Counted from the first letter of the stretch, positions 11,350 to 25,124 are shown. The stretch: 64,000 nt of DNA from Mustelus asterias (GCF_964213995.1 NC_135806.1:24862001-24926000), one strand, 5' to 3'. Notes: generated from the letters alone by a model not told the origin. Made by a program: numbers and translations.

Positions 11350-13260
11350 ACATCTCTTGATCTTTCTAACTCTGTAACTATGTCTGTGTGCATTCCTAAT
11401 TTCCACAGTGGATGTAGAGGCAGTCTGCTGACTGCTAAGCCTGTGATTACCTTGGCGGGCATCTTCTAGAGGGCTGAGACCTGGAGGGGCCTGGCCTTCT
11501 TTCAGGGTCCTGCTGTGTGGTAGTGCCTTTCTCCTCAGACTGTGGAACTAAAGCTGCTGGGGTCACAAGAAGAGGGGATTCAGAACAACTCCCTGAGTAA
11601 CCTGGGTGGTTGGCCGTGGGATGTGCACCTGTTGATTCTCCTCCCTACCGGTGCCCCAGGGCTCCTTGCTGACTCCTTAAGAGGGAGGTGCAGCTGAAAT
11701 GAGCTCCCATGCCCTCTCCCCATTTTGTGTTACTGATGGATGCCAGTAAGTGCCTCAGCAACAGAGTGCAGCTCCTGCAGCAGTGCAGGACTGAAGTCTT
11801 GCACCAATGTCTCCACTGCGGCCACCACCCTACCAATGTTGACCTCAGTAAGTTGACATGCCAGCACTATCACCTCAGTCTGAAGGTGGACTGACTTCTC
11901 CATTTTGTCTTCCAATCTGAGGAGTGCAGCGCACATTGCTTCCCAAGGTTCCAAGTTTGTTATTGCAACTACAGCAACTGAAGTATGAGCGAGTCCAGAG
12001 GCTCGTCATCTGATCAGAATCAGCAGATTCCTGGCCTCCAGCAGGATGCTGGCACCCGAAGATATCCCTGTCTCCCTCCGCCTGCTGCGGATCAGACAGT
12101 GCGATGTGCTCACCAGAGTGTGACTCTAGAACCAGGTCCCACTGAGGTGTGTCTCTGCGCTGGTGGAGGATGTGGATGTGTGCTGTGGCCTCTTCTGTAG
12201 TGTTATTGGGCTGGAGTTGAGGACCCCCTCAGCTGCTTCCTAGATGTGCCTGTGAAAGAGAGGTGATTAGTGCATGGAAGGTGCCTTTGAAACAGGAGAC
12301 ATCACTCATAGCATTATTGCCTGATGGATGTTGCAGTGCTGGATCCTCACTTGACTGAATGCCTCCGAAATTACTGTCATCACAGGAATGGTTCATATCC
12401 TCGCTGGCCAACTGAGTCACTCCATTTGCAAAGTATGTCAGGATCTTGCAGTTGGCTATTCCTCCACCTGACTGGGACCTCTTGTCAATCATAGAATCAT
12501 AGAATCCCTACAATGCAGAAGGAGGCCATTCAGCCCATCAAGCCTGTGCCGGTAACAATCCCATCCAGGCCCTATCCCTGTAACCCGACATGCTAACCAC
12601 TCCACCCCACCCTGACACTAGCGTGCAACTTAGCATGGCCAATCCACCTAACCTGCACATCTTTGGAGTGTGGAAGGAAACTGGAGGAAACCCATGCAGA
12701 CACAGGGAGAATGTGCAAACTCCACACAGACAGTGAGCCAACACTGGAATAGAACCTGGGTCCCTGGAGCTTTGAGGCAGCAGTGCTACCTACCGTGCCA
12801 CCGTGCATGAAGGCAGATGAAGGGAGTGTAAGCAGGCTAAATGAGAAGGATACATGGCATGTGTGGGTGGTGAATGGTGCCATGGAAGGGATGAGGTCAT
12901 GATCCACAGGGCAGATGAAAGTTTGTGTGCGAAAGCGAGTGGTGGTATGCCTTGAACTGGCAGTGAGTGAAACCCCTATGAATCTGTGATGGGTGTGTGA
13001 GTTGAGAGTGCTGAGAAGAGTGACTTACCCAGGCAGAACAGAGGAGATCATTTATCCGGTTTCAGCACTGGGTGGCTATCCTCTTTAGGAGTGCGTTGGC
13101 GCTGACCAACACTGCCACCATTTCCCATGCTGGATTGGTGGTCTTGCTTGCTGATCCTCACCCAGGGCAGAGGGAGAGGGCATTGTGGCAGGCCCCACTG
13201 CATCTGAAAGGCGCTGAAGGGAGGAGTTGCTAAATTTGTGGGCAGAATGTTTCCTAACTT
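11350..13260 (-). mobile_element. Harbinger second gene (Myb/SANT-like DNA-binding protein), decayed
   Basis: 13030-13250 reads KFSNSSLQRLSDAV...PAWEMVAVLVSANALLKRIATQC*NRINDLLCSAW followed by a GTAAGT donor. A coiled-coil-like exon lies at 11730-11954. It is convergent with the transposase at 9840, as in two-gene Harbingers. Confidence 0.65.
12489..12806 (-). mobile_element. HE1/V-type SINE
   Basis: Head, core and CATAGAAT tail repeats on the minus strand. Confidence 0.85.
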
Positions 13261-13650
13261 TGGCAGCTATCAGTTCTCAGCAGGTTTCTATCCTTTAGAG
13301 AGTTCTAGCTCTGTGGTAGGGCAGCCTGTAAATATGGTGCCTCGATTACTAAAGCTGTGAGGTCAGCGATCCGACATGAAACCCATGGATTTTTAAAACA
13401 AAGTGCTGCACAAAACAGCAGAAAAAGCCATCATTGGCATTGGCAGGTCAAATGCTGCTTTCCCTTTCCTGCCCAAATTCCGACTGCCATTTTCTGGGAT
13501 GATTCCACTCACCGGGACTGTTTCATGTTTTCGCTTTTTGCTTTGGGAATGTTCTTCATCTTGGCTGTTCCGTGACTTTTGCAACACCACTGCCCTCTGG
13601 TGGATTGCCAGCTCTGGCTGCACCTCCCTGTTGCATCACCCTCACTCATT

Positions 13651-14799
13651 GGGCCCGATTTTACCATTGCGTTGCGCCTGTTTTTGGGCACGAAAACTTG
13701 GTAAAGTTGAGCGTGAAGCGAATAGCACGATCCGTGCCCAAATCCGCGCTGATTCCTCCTTTACCAAGGCCCGAAAATGGACGCGATCAGGACCGCGTCT
13801 GAAATGGACGCGGTGCAATTTAAATGGATTTGCATGCATTTAAATTGGCTTAATGAGCTGGACGCCCAAAATTACCGACATTTCCCCCTTTACCATCGCG
13901 TTTTCCCATCCAGATTCGGCGCAAAACAGACATGCTCGGCAAAAATCTGTTTTGGACGTTCTGGCTTCTGAAGGGACAGGTTCAGAGCTTTCAGCGGCTC
14001 TCTGACTCAGATCGGTGGTGGGGGGGAGGGAGGCGGGCCAGAGATGTATCTCTGGTGGTGAGGGGGGTGGGGGGGGAAGGAGGGAGGCCAGATCATTCTC
14101 TGGTAGGCGGGGTGGGGGGCGGGGGGAAGAGGAGGGCCAGATTGTTATCTGGTTGGGGGGGGGGAGGAGGAGGCAGGTCAGATGTATCTCTGGTGGGGGG
14201 GGAGGAGGAGGGAGGCCCGATCATTATCTGGTGAGGGGAGGGGGAGGAGGAGGGCCAGATGTATCTCTGGTGGGGGGGGGAGGAGGAGGGAGGCCCGATC
14301 ATTCTCTGGTGGGGGAGGGGGAGGAGGAGGGCCAGATGGATCTCTGGTGGGGGGGAGAGGAGGCAGGGGGGGTAGGGGTAGGGGGGTCCACTGCCACTCT
14401 GCGGGCGATCGATGGTGGGGAAGTGGGACAGAGGGGTCATGATCAGTCTGGGTAGTGGGGAGAGGTGGGTGGATAAGGGGAACAGTTATGTTATGGTGGT
14501 GGGGGCGATGTCTGTGGGGGCCATCACTTCCAAGCCACTTTACCCGGGCCAGGAGCGATGTGGCAGGGGAGCGTTTTTCAAATTTCTTTTTACTGCACGT
14601 GCACAGTTGAAGGTTCTGATCAGAGCAGCAGCGTATCGGGCCGTGATAAGCCCAGCCCACAGCGCAATTCAGAATCGCTGCTTTTTTTCAGGCAGAGTGT
14701 GTATGCGGGCGCCGGAGAACAGGTTTACAAGTTGGATCTGAATCATGCCCAGAATTTGCATGAATCAGCACTTTGAATTAAAATTGTAAAATCGGGCCC
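13651..14799. mobile_element. Non-autonomous Harbinger-type element (1149 bp), TSD ATT
   Basis: TIRs GGGCCCGATTTTAC / GTAAAATCGGGCCC flanked by a 3-bp duplication ATT. Internal G-rich minisatellite (AGAT...TCTCTGGTGGGGG...GAGG). Confidence 0.88.
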
Positions 14800-15299
14800 A
14801 TTAAGAATTTTCCTGTTCCCAATTTAAATTTTCCACAAAGCCAGTATCTTTGACTTGCTAGTGGGTAGTCTCCTAACCTGTTCCATATTCCCTTGAACAC
14901 TTCTCTCATGTGGAGGGTCAATTCTGGCTATACTTCTTCATAGTGTTTCAACTGGGCAAGGCATCTCATTCCCTATCTGTTCATCTATTCGGGGGAATCC
15001 TTTGGTCCATTTTTTAATTTGGAAAGAAAGTTTCTGTCAGTCATCTTTCGGGAAATTACTTAACTTTTTGCTTTCCTGTTTTAATAATTTGCCTTCCTTC
15101 AGGATCTTCAATGATGTGGGGCATTTTCCTCATTACTAATGTCCCTGCTCTGGGACTTCTCCTGTCCCTGTTAAAGTCAGGGATGTTCTATTTTAAATTT
15201 TATTGGTCCTATCTGGAGCTCCTTTAGCTTTCCTGGCCTGGCTTTATCCTTGTTATATTCAAGCAGATGTCGCTCAATGGTTATGGGTTCTATTTCACC

Positions 15300-16590
15300 C
15301 TTTTGGGCCTCTGTGATGCTGGGGAATTCAGGGGTAGGCTGAGGTGGATCATCCACTGAGCACTTCTGGGTCAAGATGGCGGCAAATGCTTCAGCTTCGT
15401 CTTTTGCACTGATGTTCTGGGATCTCCCATCATTGAGGATGTGAGTATTTGTGGAGCTTCTTCCTCCAGTTGGTTGCTTAATCATCCACCATGGGTGTGG
15501 GAGGTCTGCAGAGCTTAGATCTGATCTAATGGTTGTGGGATCACTTAGCTCTGTCAAAATCATAATGCTTCTGCTGTTTGGCATACATGTAGTGTTGTCA
15601 CTTCACTTGATACCTCATGCTTGGTGCTGCTCCTGGCATGCCCTCCTGAACGCTTCATTGAACCAGAATTGATTCCCCAGCTTGTTGGTAAGGGTAGAGT
15701 AGAGGGTATTCTGGGCCATGGGGTTACAGATTGTGTTGTATACAATTCTGCTAATGATGATGGTTCACAGCACCTCATGGATGCCCAGTTTTGAATTGCT
15801 AGATCTGTTCAAAATCGATTCCATTTATTACTATGATAGTGCCACACAACACGATGAAGGGTATCCTCAATTTGAAGATGGATCTTTGTCTCCATATAAA
15901 CTGAGTAATGGTCGCTCCTACCGATATTGTCATGGGTAGATGCATCAGTGGCAGGCAGGTTGGTGACGTTGAGGTCAAGTATGTTTTTCCCTCTTGTTGT
16001 TCCTCACCACCCGCTGCAGACTCAGCCTAGCAGCTTTGTCCTTTAGGATCCAGCCATCTCAGTCAGTAGCGCTGCTACCGATCCACCCTTGGTGATGGAC
16101 AATGAAGTCCCTCATCCAGAGTATGTTCTGTGCCCTTGCCGCTCTCAGTGCTTCCTCTAAGTGGTATTCAGCAAGGAGGAATACTGATTCATCAGCCAAG
16201 GGGGAATGGTTGGTGGTAGTCAACGGGAGGTTTCCTTGCCCATGTTTGACCTGATGCCATGTGACATCATAGGGTCCAGAGTCAAAGTTGAGGGCTCTCA
16301 GGGCAACTCTATCCCGAGTGTACATCACTGTGCTGCCACCTGTGCTGGGTCTGTTGGTGGGACAGGACGTGCCCAAGGATGGTGGTGTCTGGGACATTAT
16401 CTTTAAGGTATGGTTCCGTTGAACATAGCTATTTCAGACTGTTGCTTGACTGGTCTGTAGGTCAGCTCTCCCAGTTTTGGCACAAGCTCCCCCCCCCCTC
16501 CCCAAGATGTTAGTAAGAAGCATCTTACAGGGCCAATAGAGTTTGGTTTGCCACTGCCATTTTCAATTCTTAGGTCAATGTTGGGAGGTC
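15300..16590 (-). mobile_element. CR1/L2-group LINE (APE endonuclease and linker region), decayed
   Basis: EVxWHQVKHGQGNL..., EEALRAARAQNILWMRDFIVHHQGW and TNTHILNDGRSQNISAKDEAEAFAAILTQKCSV. Same family as 21040, 46450 and 51880. Confidence 0.75.
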
Positions 16591-16594
16591 CGTC

Positions 16595-16910
16595 TGGCTT
16601 CATTCCATTTTGACTTCATTACAGTTTGATGCAGAAGAATGACTTGCTAGGCCATTTACGCGTCAGCCACATTGCGATGGGTCTGCCAGACCAGGTAAGA
16701 ACGGTAGGTTTTCTTCCTTAATGGGTATTTATTTTTAATTTTTACGACAATGGTTTCAGGGTCATTATTACTGAAACAAGTTTTTAATTCCAGATTTTTA
16801 AAAATTAATTTAAATTCCATCAGCTGCCGTGATAGATTTGAATCCATTTCCCCATAGCATTCTGTTGAGCCTCTGGATCATTAGTTCAATGAATTACCAC
16901 CATACCACAG
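16595..16910 (-). mobile_element. Second tRNA-SINE family copy
   Basis: Reverse-complement similarity to 8420-8797. Confidence 0.6.
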
Positions 16911-17191
16911 CATTGAATTAGTTGAGTCTGGAAGTGACCAAGTCATGTATCTGGGTTTCAATAGTGCAGGGCTGTGAGGGACTGAGGCAGAAAACGCTGC
17001 AGTGGTAATAAGAGGTGATCATAATAATGGGTAGAATGCAGCTTTAAAACTTAGCTTAGGGTTGAACATGACAGCAACCTTGAGAACAGTGGTTCAGCCT
17101 GAAATAGTAACTGGACAGAAGTATGGAATCAGTGAGAAGGAAACAGAATTTGTTGCAAGGACCAAAAATCATGCTTTTATGTTCCCAACAT

Positions 17192-17534
17192 GGGGGGCGG
17201 CATGATGGCACAGTGGTTAGCACTGCTGCCTCATAGCGCCAGAAACCTGAGTTCAATTTTGGCCTTGGGTGACGGTGCGGAATTTGCACATTCTCCTTGT
17301 ATCTGGGTGGGTTTCCTCTGGGTCTCCAATTTCCTCCCACAATCCAAAGATGTGCAGGTTAAGTTGATTGGCCATGTTAAATTGCCACTTAGTCCCAGGA
17401 GAGGTAAATTAGAGGGATTAGCTGGACAAATACGTTGGGTTACAGTCTTAGGGTCGGTTAGGGATGCTGTATTGGAGAATCGGTGCAGACTCAATGGGTT
17501 GTAGGGCTTGCTTCTGCACTCCAGGGATTCTATG
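17192..17534 (+). mobile_element. HE1/V-type SINE
   Basis: GGGGGCGGCATGATGGCACAGTGGTTAGCACTGCTGCCTCA head; tail GGGATTCTATG. Confidence 0.85.
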
Positions 17535-17676
17535 AATATACATCGAATAGGCAACCTGGCACTGAAGAAAAAAGACAGCAACTGTCTCTAATGATTGTTT
17601 CATTTACACTTCCTCTGGACTAATCTTCTCTTTCTGGACTCATGTCCTTTTGCCTTGCTCCACAGCTCTTTGGTAT

Positions 17677-18345
17677 GGGCGGAATTCTCCCCCAAAAATT
17701 CCAAGTGATGAATTCGCGGGAAAACTGGAGTAATTCACTTTGTTTTTTTTCAGTGGGAGTTCACACTAGAATCTCCAACATTCTGTGCAATGCAGAAGCC
17801 ACCAGCGCAAATATCATTAAATTTCCAGGTCGGGGCCTATTCCCGCCCAAGAGGCTGAAACCAGCGGGCCTCTGCGCATGTGCAGTGGCCCTAAACGGAC
17901 AGCCCCCCGTTTACTGGCCAGCTCAATCGCTGGCCAGCCCGGGACACCGCAGTGCTACTCCCCAATCCCCCCATTGCCTGATCACAGCCCCCGCGACCAT
18001 TCCTGGGCCAGCCTCGACACCCCCCTTCCTGGACCGCTCCAATCTCCAGCCCTCCCCACTGCCCCGCAGTGCCAATCCCCCCATCCCCCGTAGTGCAGAC
18101 GTCCCCGTAGACAGATTACTCCCCGGAGGACCCGCCTTCTCCCCAGTAGACACCCCCCCACTCCAGCCCGTCCCGATCACTGGCCTCTCTCCTGCCCCCA
18201 TCGATCCCAATGGCAGAGAGGCAGTGGGACCCCTCACCCCCACCGATCACTACCAGGTCTTGCCCCCTCCCATATGCCTTGCCCCTTTGGCACTGCCCCA
18301 TGCCTGGCCCGCAGTGCCAAGGTGCCGCCTGAGCATGGGCACTTT
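17677..18345. mobile_element. Truncated GC-rich DNA-transposon (Harbinger-like MITE) fragment
   Basis: Starts GGGCGGAATTCTCCC (TIR-like) and has a C-rich interior resembling the other MITEs. The second end was not found. Confidence 0.4.
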
Positions 18346-18884
18346 GTCCATAATCTCTCCTGCCTTTCATTCTATAATTTCCTTCTCTTTTGTTCTTCCA
18401 CTGTCACTGTAATTACTTAAAGCATGTTACATGTGTCCAGTCGAGACAGGAGGGAAAATATATATATATTTCCTTCAGCCGGAATGATTTATACAATTAA
18501 TAATTTTCTCTGTTTTTTTAAATGGACAATTGCTAACAAGATAACTCCAGCTGATCATGTGCTGGCTTCTGGAAGTTTCTGAGCAGTTTAAAAGTGAACA
18601 AAGGTTAACACCTCACACCTCCTGGAATGTAACAGTCCTTGCATCACATAAACATTCCAGCCAAGCCAACCCAATGGTTTCCCAAATCATTTTATTTTAC
18701 CTCCCGTTTACTGTGCATGTTATTCATAGAGGATTGAAAAACTCCAAGAGAAAGGGTTGGGGAAAACACACCACCATTTATAAAGGGGGAAAATCAAAAT
18801 TAAAATTTAAAGAAACCTTTCTGTTTGCAGATGTGTAGTGAGATGAGAAATCAGGGCTGTTTAAATTAATCCCCCTCTTGTCTG

Positions 18885-19175
18885 TTGCAGAAAGCTCACC
18901 AATGCCTCTACTTTTTCAGGAGGCTAAGGAAATTCAGCATGTCCACTACGACTCTTACCAATTTTTACAGATGCACCATAGAAAGCATCCTATCCAGACG
19001 TGTCACAGCTTCTGCTTATGGCTTCTGCTCTGACCAAGACCGCAAGAAACTTCAAAGGGTTGTCAACATAGTCCAGTCCATCACGCAAACCAGCCTCCCA
19101 TCCATTGACTCCATGTACACTTCCCACTGTCTCGGGAAAGCAACCAGCATAATCAAGAACCGCACGCAACCCCAG
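18885..19175 (+). mobile_element. Rex1/Babar RT C-terminal fragment
   Basis: KAHQCLYFFRRLRKFSMSTTTLTNFYRCTIESIL...DRKKLQRVV...LPSIDSMYTSHCLGKATSIIK. Confidence 0.8.
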
Positions 19176-19180
19176 ATATA

Positions 19181-19355
19181 GGGCCCGATTTTATCATCAA
19201 GTTGCGCCCATTTTCGGGCGCAAAAACTTGGTAAAGTCGGGCGTGAGATGAGTTGCGCAATCCGTGCCTGCCTCTGTGCTGGTTCCCCCTTTACCAAGGT
19301 CTGAAAATGGCCACGATTGGGACCACGCCTGAAACGGGTACGACAGCCATTTAAA
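19181..19355. mobile_element. Truncated left end of the GGGCCCGATTTT MITE family
   Basis: First ~175 bp align with 13651-13830 and 42475-42630. Confidence 0.75.
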
Positions 19356-19854
19356 TCATAAATCAAATCAAATCAAAACACATGTCTAACATTTTCCAGT
19401 TTTGACAAAAGTTTATCAACCTGAACTACAACATTTTTCTCACCACAGATGTTGCCTAACTTCTCAAATCTTTCCAGCACTTGCTGTTCTTACTTCAGAT
19501 TTGAACCATTCACTATATCTTGCTTCTGTGTTAGCGTTTAATTCACTGCAACTCCTGTTCCAGGAAAGCCTGTCTTGAAAAAGTGTTGCTTTTTTTCTCT
19601 GATAGGATTCCCATTTGTCTCTGTTGCTTTGTTCATCTCCGTTGGTTTGTTTTCCTCTATTCATATTTAATTTAAGTATTTCCTAAAACACGTTTTTACA
19701 GCCACATTTCGTTCCTCGGTGATTGTCTCTGGCTAAAGTAGTCCCAAGATATTCAGCGTTCCTTGAACCACACCCTGATATCCATGCATACTCTCCACCT
19801 TTCTCTTTGGCAGAATCAACTCACTCCCAGCTATCTTGGTCTGCAGTTCCATTT

Positions 19855-20160
19855 CATAGAATCATCGAATCCCCACAGCTCAGAAGGAGGCCATTCAGCC
19901 CATCAATCGTGCATCAATACCCAGGCACTATCCCCGTAACCCCACATATTTACCCTGCTAATCTCCCTAACACTAAGAGGCACTAAGTGGCCAATCCACC
20001 TAACACATACATCTTTGGACTGTGGGAGGAAACCAGAGCACCCAGAGGAACCCACACAGACACGGGGAGAACGTGCAAACTCTCCACAGACAATGACCTG
20101 AGGCCAGAATTGAACCCTGGCACTGTGAGGCAGCAATTCTAAACACTGTGCCACCTTGCC
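19855..20160 (-). mobile_element. HE1/V-type SINE
   Basis: Head, core and tail on the minus strand. Confidence 0.8.
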
Positions 20161-21039
20161 ATCCTAAATCATCTTTCAACTCATCTGGTGCTTGGACAAA
20201 TATCTATCCTTCCAGGAGTCAGTAATCACAAGCTTCAATAGATTTTGCATGATGGTATTTCTCCAGATCCTTTCTCCCATTCACTTTCATCTGACCCCAT
20301 CCATTCTTCCAATTTCATCCCTTGCGTGTTTTCATTACTCCCTCTGACCTTATCCTCTCGCATCCAAAATGATCCGTCCTTTGCAAGGGCTTCAGCTTCA
20401 TCCCCTTACACTCCCACCTCAATGAATTTCAAACTCTCTGTTTTTATTTTAGATTTCTAGCATCCACAGCATTTTTTTGCTGTTGAGCAAAAAAAGCCTG
20501 TTTTGTCCCCAAAACCCAACTGTTAAAAAGAGTCATAGACCCAGAACTGCACACATCACTTAGTCAGTTTGCTGAACTGGAATTGAACTTGAACTTGTGT
20601 TCTCTGCTACTTCATGTTTTGTGTCTGAACTGAAACTGACTGGATGTATTAAACTGGATCCTCCTCCATAACGAGACCCAAGGAACTGTAAAAATAAGTG
20701 TATTGTAGCTAGAGGATACTACAGAAATTATGTTTTATGTTTCTCATTAAAGAGGAAAGTTATATAGCAATCAATGTAAGTTAAATCAGAGGCCACATTG
20801 CATCAAAAAGCATTAAATGACAGAGTTCAAAGGTAACCTGCTAATTTGCAGCAATATAGAATACTTTAAAGTTAAAGTCTGGACTGAGTAGCATAGGGGT
20901 TTGGCAGGCTGCCTTTCAATCCCCAAAAACCCAAGTTCAACTCTAAACCTGACTGATGGGGTCAAAATATCCCATTTGACAGCTGTAGTAGATTTAGCAT
21001 CCAAGCTTAAACTTTACAGATGGATTTTCACCAGGGATT

Positions 21040-21958
21040 TATCTTTTAATTCATTTACAGGATGTGGGTGTCCCTGGTTAAGCCAGCATTCATTGTCGAT
21101 TTGTATATGTCCTTGAGAAGGCGGTGATGAGCTGTTTTCTTCTGAACCGCTGCGATCCATGTGGTGTAGGTACATCCACAATGCTGTTAGGGAAGAAGTT
21201 CCAGGATTTTGACACAATGGCAATGAAGGAACGCAATATATTTCTATGTCAGGAAGTTGAGTGATTTGGAGGGGAACTTCCAGGGGTTGGTGTTCCCATG
21301 TGTTTGCAACCCCTTCAAGATGGTAGTGGCCGTGAGTTTTGAAGGTGCTGCCTAAGGTGCCTTGGTGAGTTCCTTCAGTGCATTTTGTAGATGGTACCCC
21401 ACTGTTCATCAGTGGTGGAGGGAGCAAATGTTTGTGTAAGGGGCGCCAATGAAATGGGCTGCTTTGCCCTGGATGATATTGGGCTTTTTGAGTATTGTTG
21501 GAGCTGCACTCATCCAGACAAATGGAGAGTATTCCATCACACTCCTGATTTGTGCCTTGTAGATGGTGGACAGGCTTTGGAGAGCCAGGAAGCGAGTTTC
21601 TTGCTGCAGAATTCCCAGCCTCTCACCTGCTGTTGTAGCCACAGTATTCATGTAACTAGTCCAGTTCAGTTTCTGGTCAATGGTAACTCCCAGGATGTTG
21701 ATAGTGGGGGAATTCAGCATCGGTAATGCCATTGACTGTTGATGGTTAGATTCCCTCTTGTTGGAGATGGCATTGCTTGCCACTTGTGTGGTGCAAATGT
21801 TACTTGCCACTTATCAGTCCAGGCCTGGATATTGTCCAGTTCTTGCTACATTTGGACGTGAACTGATTCAGTATCCGAGGAGTGGCAAATGGTGCTGAAC
21901 ATTGTGCAATCATCAGCAAACATTCCCACTTCTGACCTTGCGATGGAAGGAAGGTCAT
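21040..21958 (-). mobile_element. CR1/L2-group LINE 3' part (RT C-terminus)
   Basis: PTINILGVTIDQKLNWTSYMNTVATTAGERLGIL...LSTIYKAQIRSVMEYSPFVWMSAAPT. Confidence 0.8.
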
Positions 21959-21959
21959 A

Positions 21960-22955
21960 GAGTTTTGCAGCTCAGAAAGAGACTCCTTGGCCCATCATAT
22001 CCGCACCAGCCATCAAGCATCTATCTATTCTAATCCCATTTTCCAACATTTGGTCCACAGCCTTGTATGCTGTGGTGTTGCAAGTGCTCATCTAAATGCT
22101 TTTTAAATGCTGTGAGGGGTCCCACCTCTATCACCCTGAGAGGCAGCGAGTTCCACATTCCCAGCACCCTGTGGATGAGAAAGCTTTTTCTCAAATTCCC
22201 TCTAAATATCCTGCCCCTTACCTTAAATGTATGCCCCCAGTTTTTGACCCTTCCACTAAGGGGAAATATTTCTTCCTATTCACACTATCTATATCCCTCA
22301 TTATTTTGTACACCTCAATCAGGTCTCTCCTTTATCATCTCTGCTCTCAGGAAAACAACCCCAGCCTAACTAGCTTCTCCTCATAGCTGAAATGTGCCAG
22401 CCCCAAGCAACATCCTGATGAACCTCCTCTGCACCCTTTCTATTGCAATCACGTTCTTCCTATAGTGTGGTGACCAGTGCTGCATAGAGTAATCTATGTG
22501 TGGCAAAACAAGCATTTTACACATCATAACCTCCCTGCTCTTATATCCAAACCATAACTAAGACAGGCAAGTATTCCATATGCCTTCTTAACCACATTAT
22601 CTACCTGTCCTGCTGCTTTCAGGGATCTTTGGACACGTACTTCAAAGTCCCTCTGGTCCTCTGTATTTTCTAACATCTGACTGTTCATTGTGTATTCTCC
22701 CTTGCCTTATTAGTCCTCCTAAAATGCATCACCTAACATTTTTCAGGGTTAAATTCAATTTGCCATGTTCTGCCCATCTTACCAGCCTGTCTATATTGTC
22801 CTGTAATCTAAAGCTTTCCACCTCGCTATTTACCGCACTATCAATTTTTGTATCATTGGCGAACTTACTGATCATACCTTCTACATTCATGTCTAGATCT
22901 TTAATGTACACTACAAACAGCAAGGGGCTCAACACCGATCCCTGCAGTGTACACT
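21960..22955 (-). mobile_element. CR1 LINE 3' part, decayed
   Basis: LSPLLFVVYIKDLDMNVEGMISKFANDTKI (FADD-type region) through a CR1 3' UTR. Confidence 0.8.
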
Positions 22956-23659
22956 GGACACAGGCTTCCAGTCACAGAAATGAAACCGGGGGCTGAGTGA
23001 TCCTGACAGAACCCAAACTGGACGTTTGGCAGGCTTAGGGTTAAGAAGGTTTGTTGCCTCTCTACTATTCTTTTTAATATCAATGTAACATGATCATGTC
23101 TCATTAATTTGACTCTAGACAGAGCACAGAAATATTTGGACAAGTTATACTGAGGTAACAGCAGACAAACGTATTTCCTATGACTGAAGCATATATAATG
23201 GGGATCCACTATAAACATAATTACTGCATTCAATGTTTCTTTATATCCTTTACCACCAAAACTAGGTTCAACTTTATATAAGAAAAATGTATTTCAAACT
23301 GCTTTTGCTAAATGAATTCAAACTCTATTCTGAAGCTAAAGTGGCCTGAATTGAGAACATTTGGGTAATTTGCATAACATGATTAATGTCTCTTACATCA
23401 TTTAAAATAGTATTCAATTGCCTAGGATCATTTTTCATATGACCTGATAATGGTCTGTTTAGATTGGAAGATGAATATTTGTACAGAAGGGAAAAGAAAT
23501 CTTATGCAGGAATAAGTCCTTCCAATGACACCTAATGTAATTGAACCTTTACCATATGTTAAAATGTTTTTGAAATGACATTATGAATTTTGGTAATGAT
23601 GATGAACTTGAATATGATTTAAGTCATAATATAATCTAAGTGACAATCTGAACAAGCCA

Positions 23660-24882
23660 ATAAAGGTCATGCAAAAAGTCGTGCTGGAAAAGCTCAGCAG
23701 GTCTGGCAGCATCTATGGAGGAAGGAAGAGAGTTAACAGTTCGGGGTGGGGTGGGGGTGGGGGAGGGGGGGAGGGATTTTCCCATCCCACCTGCCACAGG
23801 AATCATGGTGGGTGGGGAGGAGGAGGGAGGGGCTGCATGCAAAGGTCCGTTGTCCTCAGGCGGGATTTTCCGTCCGCGCTTGCCCCAAAACCAGTAATCC
23901 CACTCTTCAAGTCTGCATGATTTTTCTTCAGAGCTAAAGAGAGGGAGAAATGTAATGGGTTTATACTGTTTAAGAAGGAGTAGAGCAGGTCAAGAAAAAT
24001 AGAAGGTTAAGGATTTGACCAAGATATCATGAGCACAAGACAAAGGGAGTGTTACTGATGGTGTTAAAGACATTTGAAGATGCTGACAGTGGCATAAAGG
24101 TAAGATAGCAGAACAAGGGTTCTACTTAAGAGCAAGTGACAGATGACCCTACAGGGGAGTTTGGGGGGGTGGCCTTGGGAAAAAATATTGATTTAAAAAG
24201 GGGGGTTAAGATGGAGGTTAGAGTTCACAGTCTGAAGTTGCTAAACACAATGACAAGTCCAGAAAGCCATAAAGTGCCTAACCAGAAGATGAGGTGATCT
24301 TGCTTCAGTTTGTGTTGGGCTTCACTAGAATATTGTAGCAGGCCAAGGATAGACATGTGGTATGAGAGCAAGATGATGAGTTGAAATAGCAGGTAACGAG
24401 AAAGTGGGGGTCATGCTTGCAGACTAAGCAAAGGTCTTTTGCAAAGCAGTCACCCAGTCTGTGGTTAGTCTTCCCAATGTAGAGGAGACTGCATTGAGAG
24501 CAGCGGATACAGTAGACCAAAGTGAAGGAGGTGCAAGTGAGGTGCTTCACCTGAATGGACTGTTTTGGGCCTTTAATGTTGAGGAGGGAGGAGGTAAAGG
24601 GGGCAGGTTTTGCGATTGCATGGGAAGGCGCCGTGAGAAGGGCATGAATAGTTGGGAGTGATGGAAGAGTGCACCAGGGAGTGGTCCCTGTGGAATGCTG
24701 ACAGGGGGCTGAGGAGAAGATTTGTGTGGTGGTGGAATCATGTTAGAGTTGGCAGATATGGCAGTGAATCACCCCGTGAATGCAGAGGTGGGCGAAATGA
24801 AAAGTGAGAACAAGGGGGACCCTATCATGGTTCTGGGAGGGAAGGGGTGAGGGCAAATGTGCATGGGATGGGTTGGACACGG
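23660..24882 (-). mobile_element. Penelope-like element (GIY-YIG endonuclease end); resumes at 29413-29487 after the Gypsy insertion
   Basis: HLTCTSFTLVYCIRCSQCSLLYIGKTNHRLGDCF...HF-like GIY-YIG motif. The sequence is continuous across the CACGG TSD. Confidence 0.8.
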
Positions 24883-25124
24883 TGATGCGCTATCAAGAAG
24901 GCGAAAGACGACCGGTGTGCCAATACAAGTGTAGGCTTTTATCCACAACAGAATCAAGAGCAGATCCCAACAAGTAACCGACCTGGACTGAACAAGGGGG
25001 AGGAGACAGCCACCTTTATACTAGGTGCCGAAGGGAGGAACCAAACTGGAAGGGGATGTGTCCAGGTATGACAAGCTCACACAACGGTGGTCCATATAGG
25101 ACAAAGGCACAACTGAGGTCCACA
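24883..25124 (-). repeat. 3' LTR of Gypsy element 1
   Basis: Direct repeat of 29163-29407, preceded by the PPT. The poly(A) signal is mutated to GATAAA. Confidence 0.95.

Noticed and set aside
13990-14460. Gly/Pro-rich ORFs on both strands (also 6774-7303, 17642-18412, 42809-43146)
   Set aside because: Products of G/C-run low-complexity interiors of non-autonomous DNA transposons; no coding signature.
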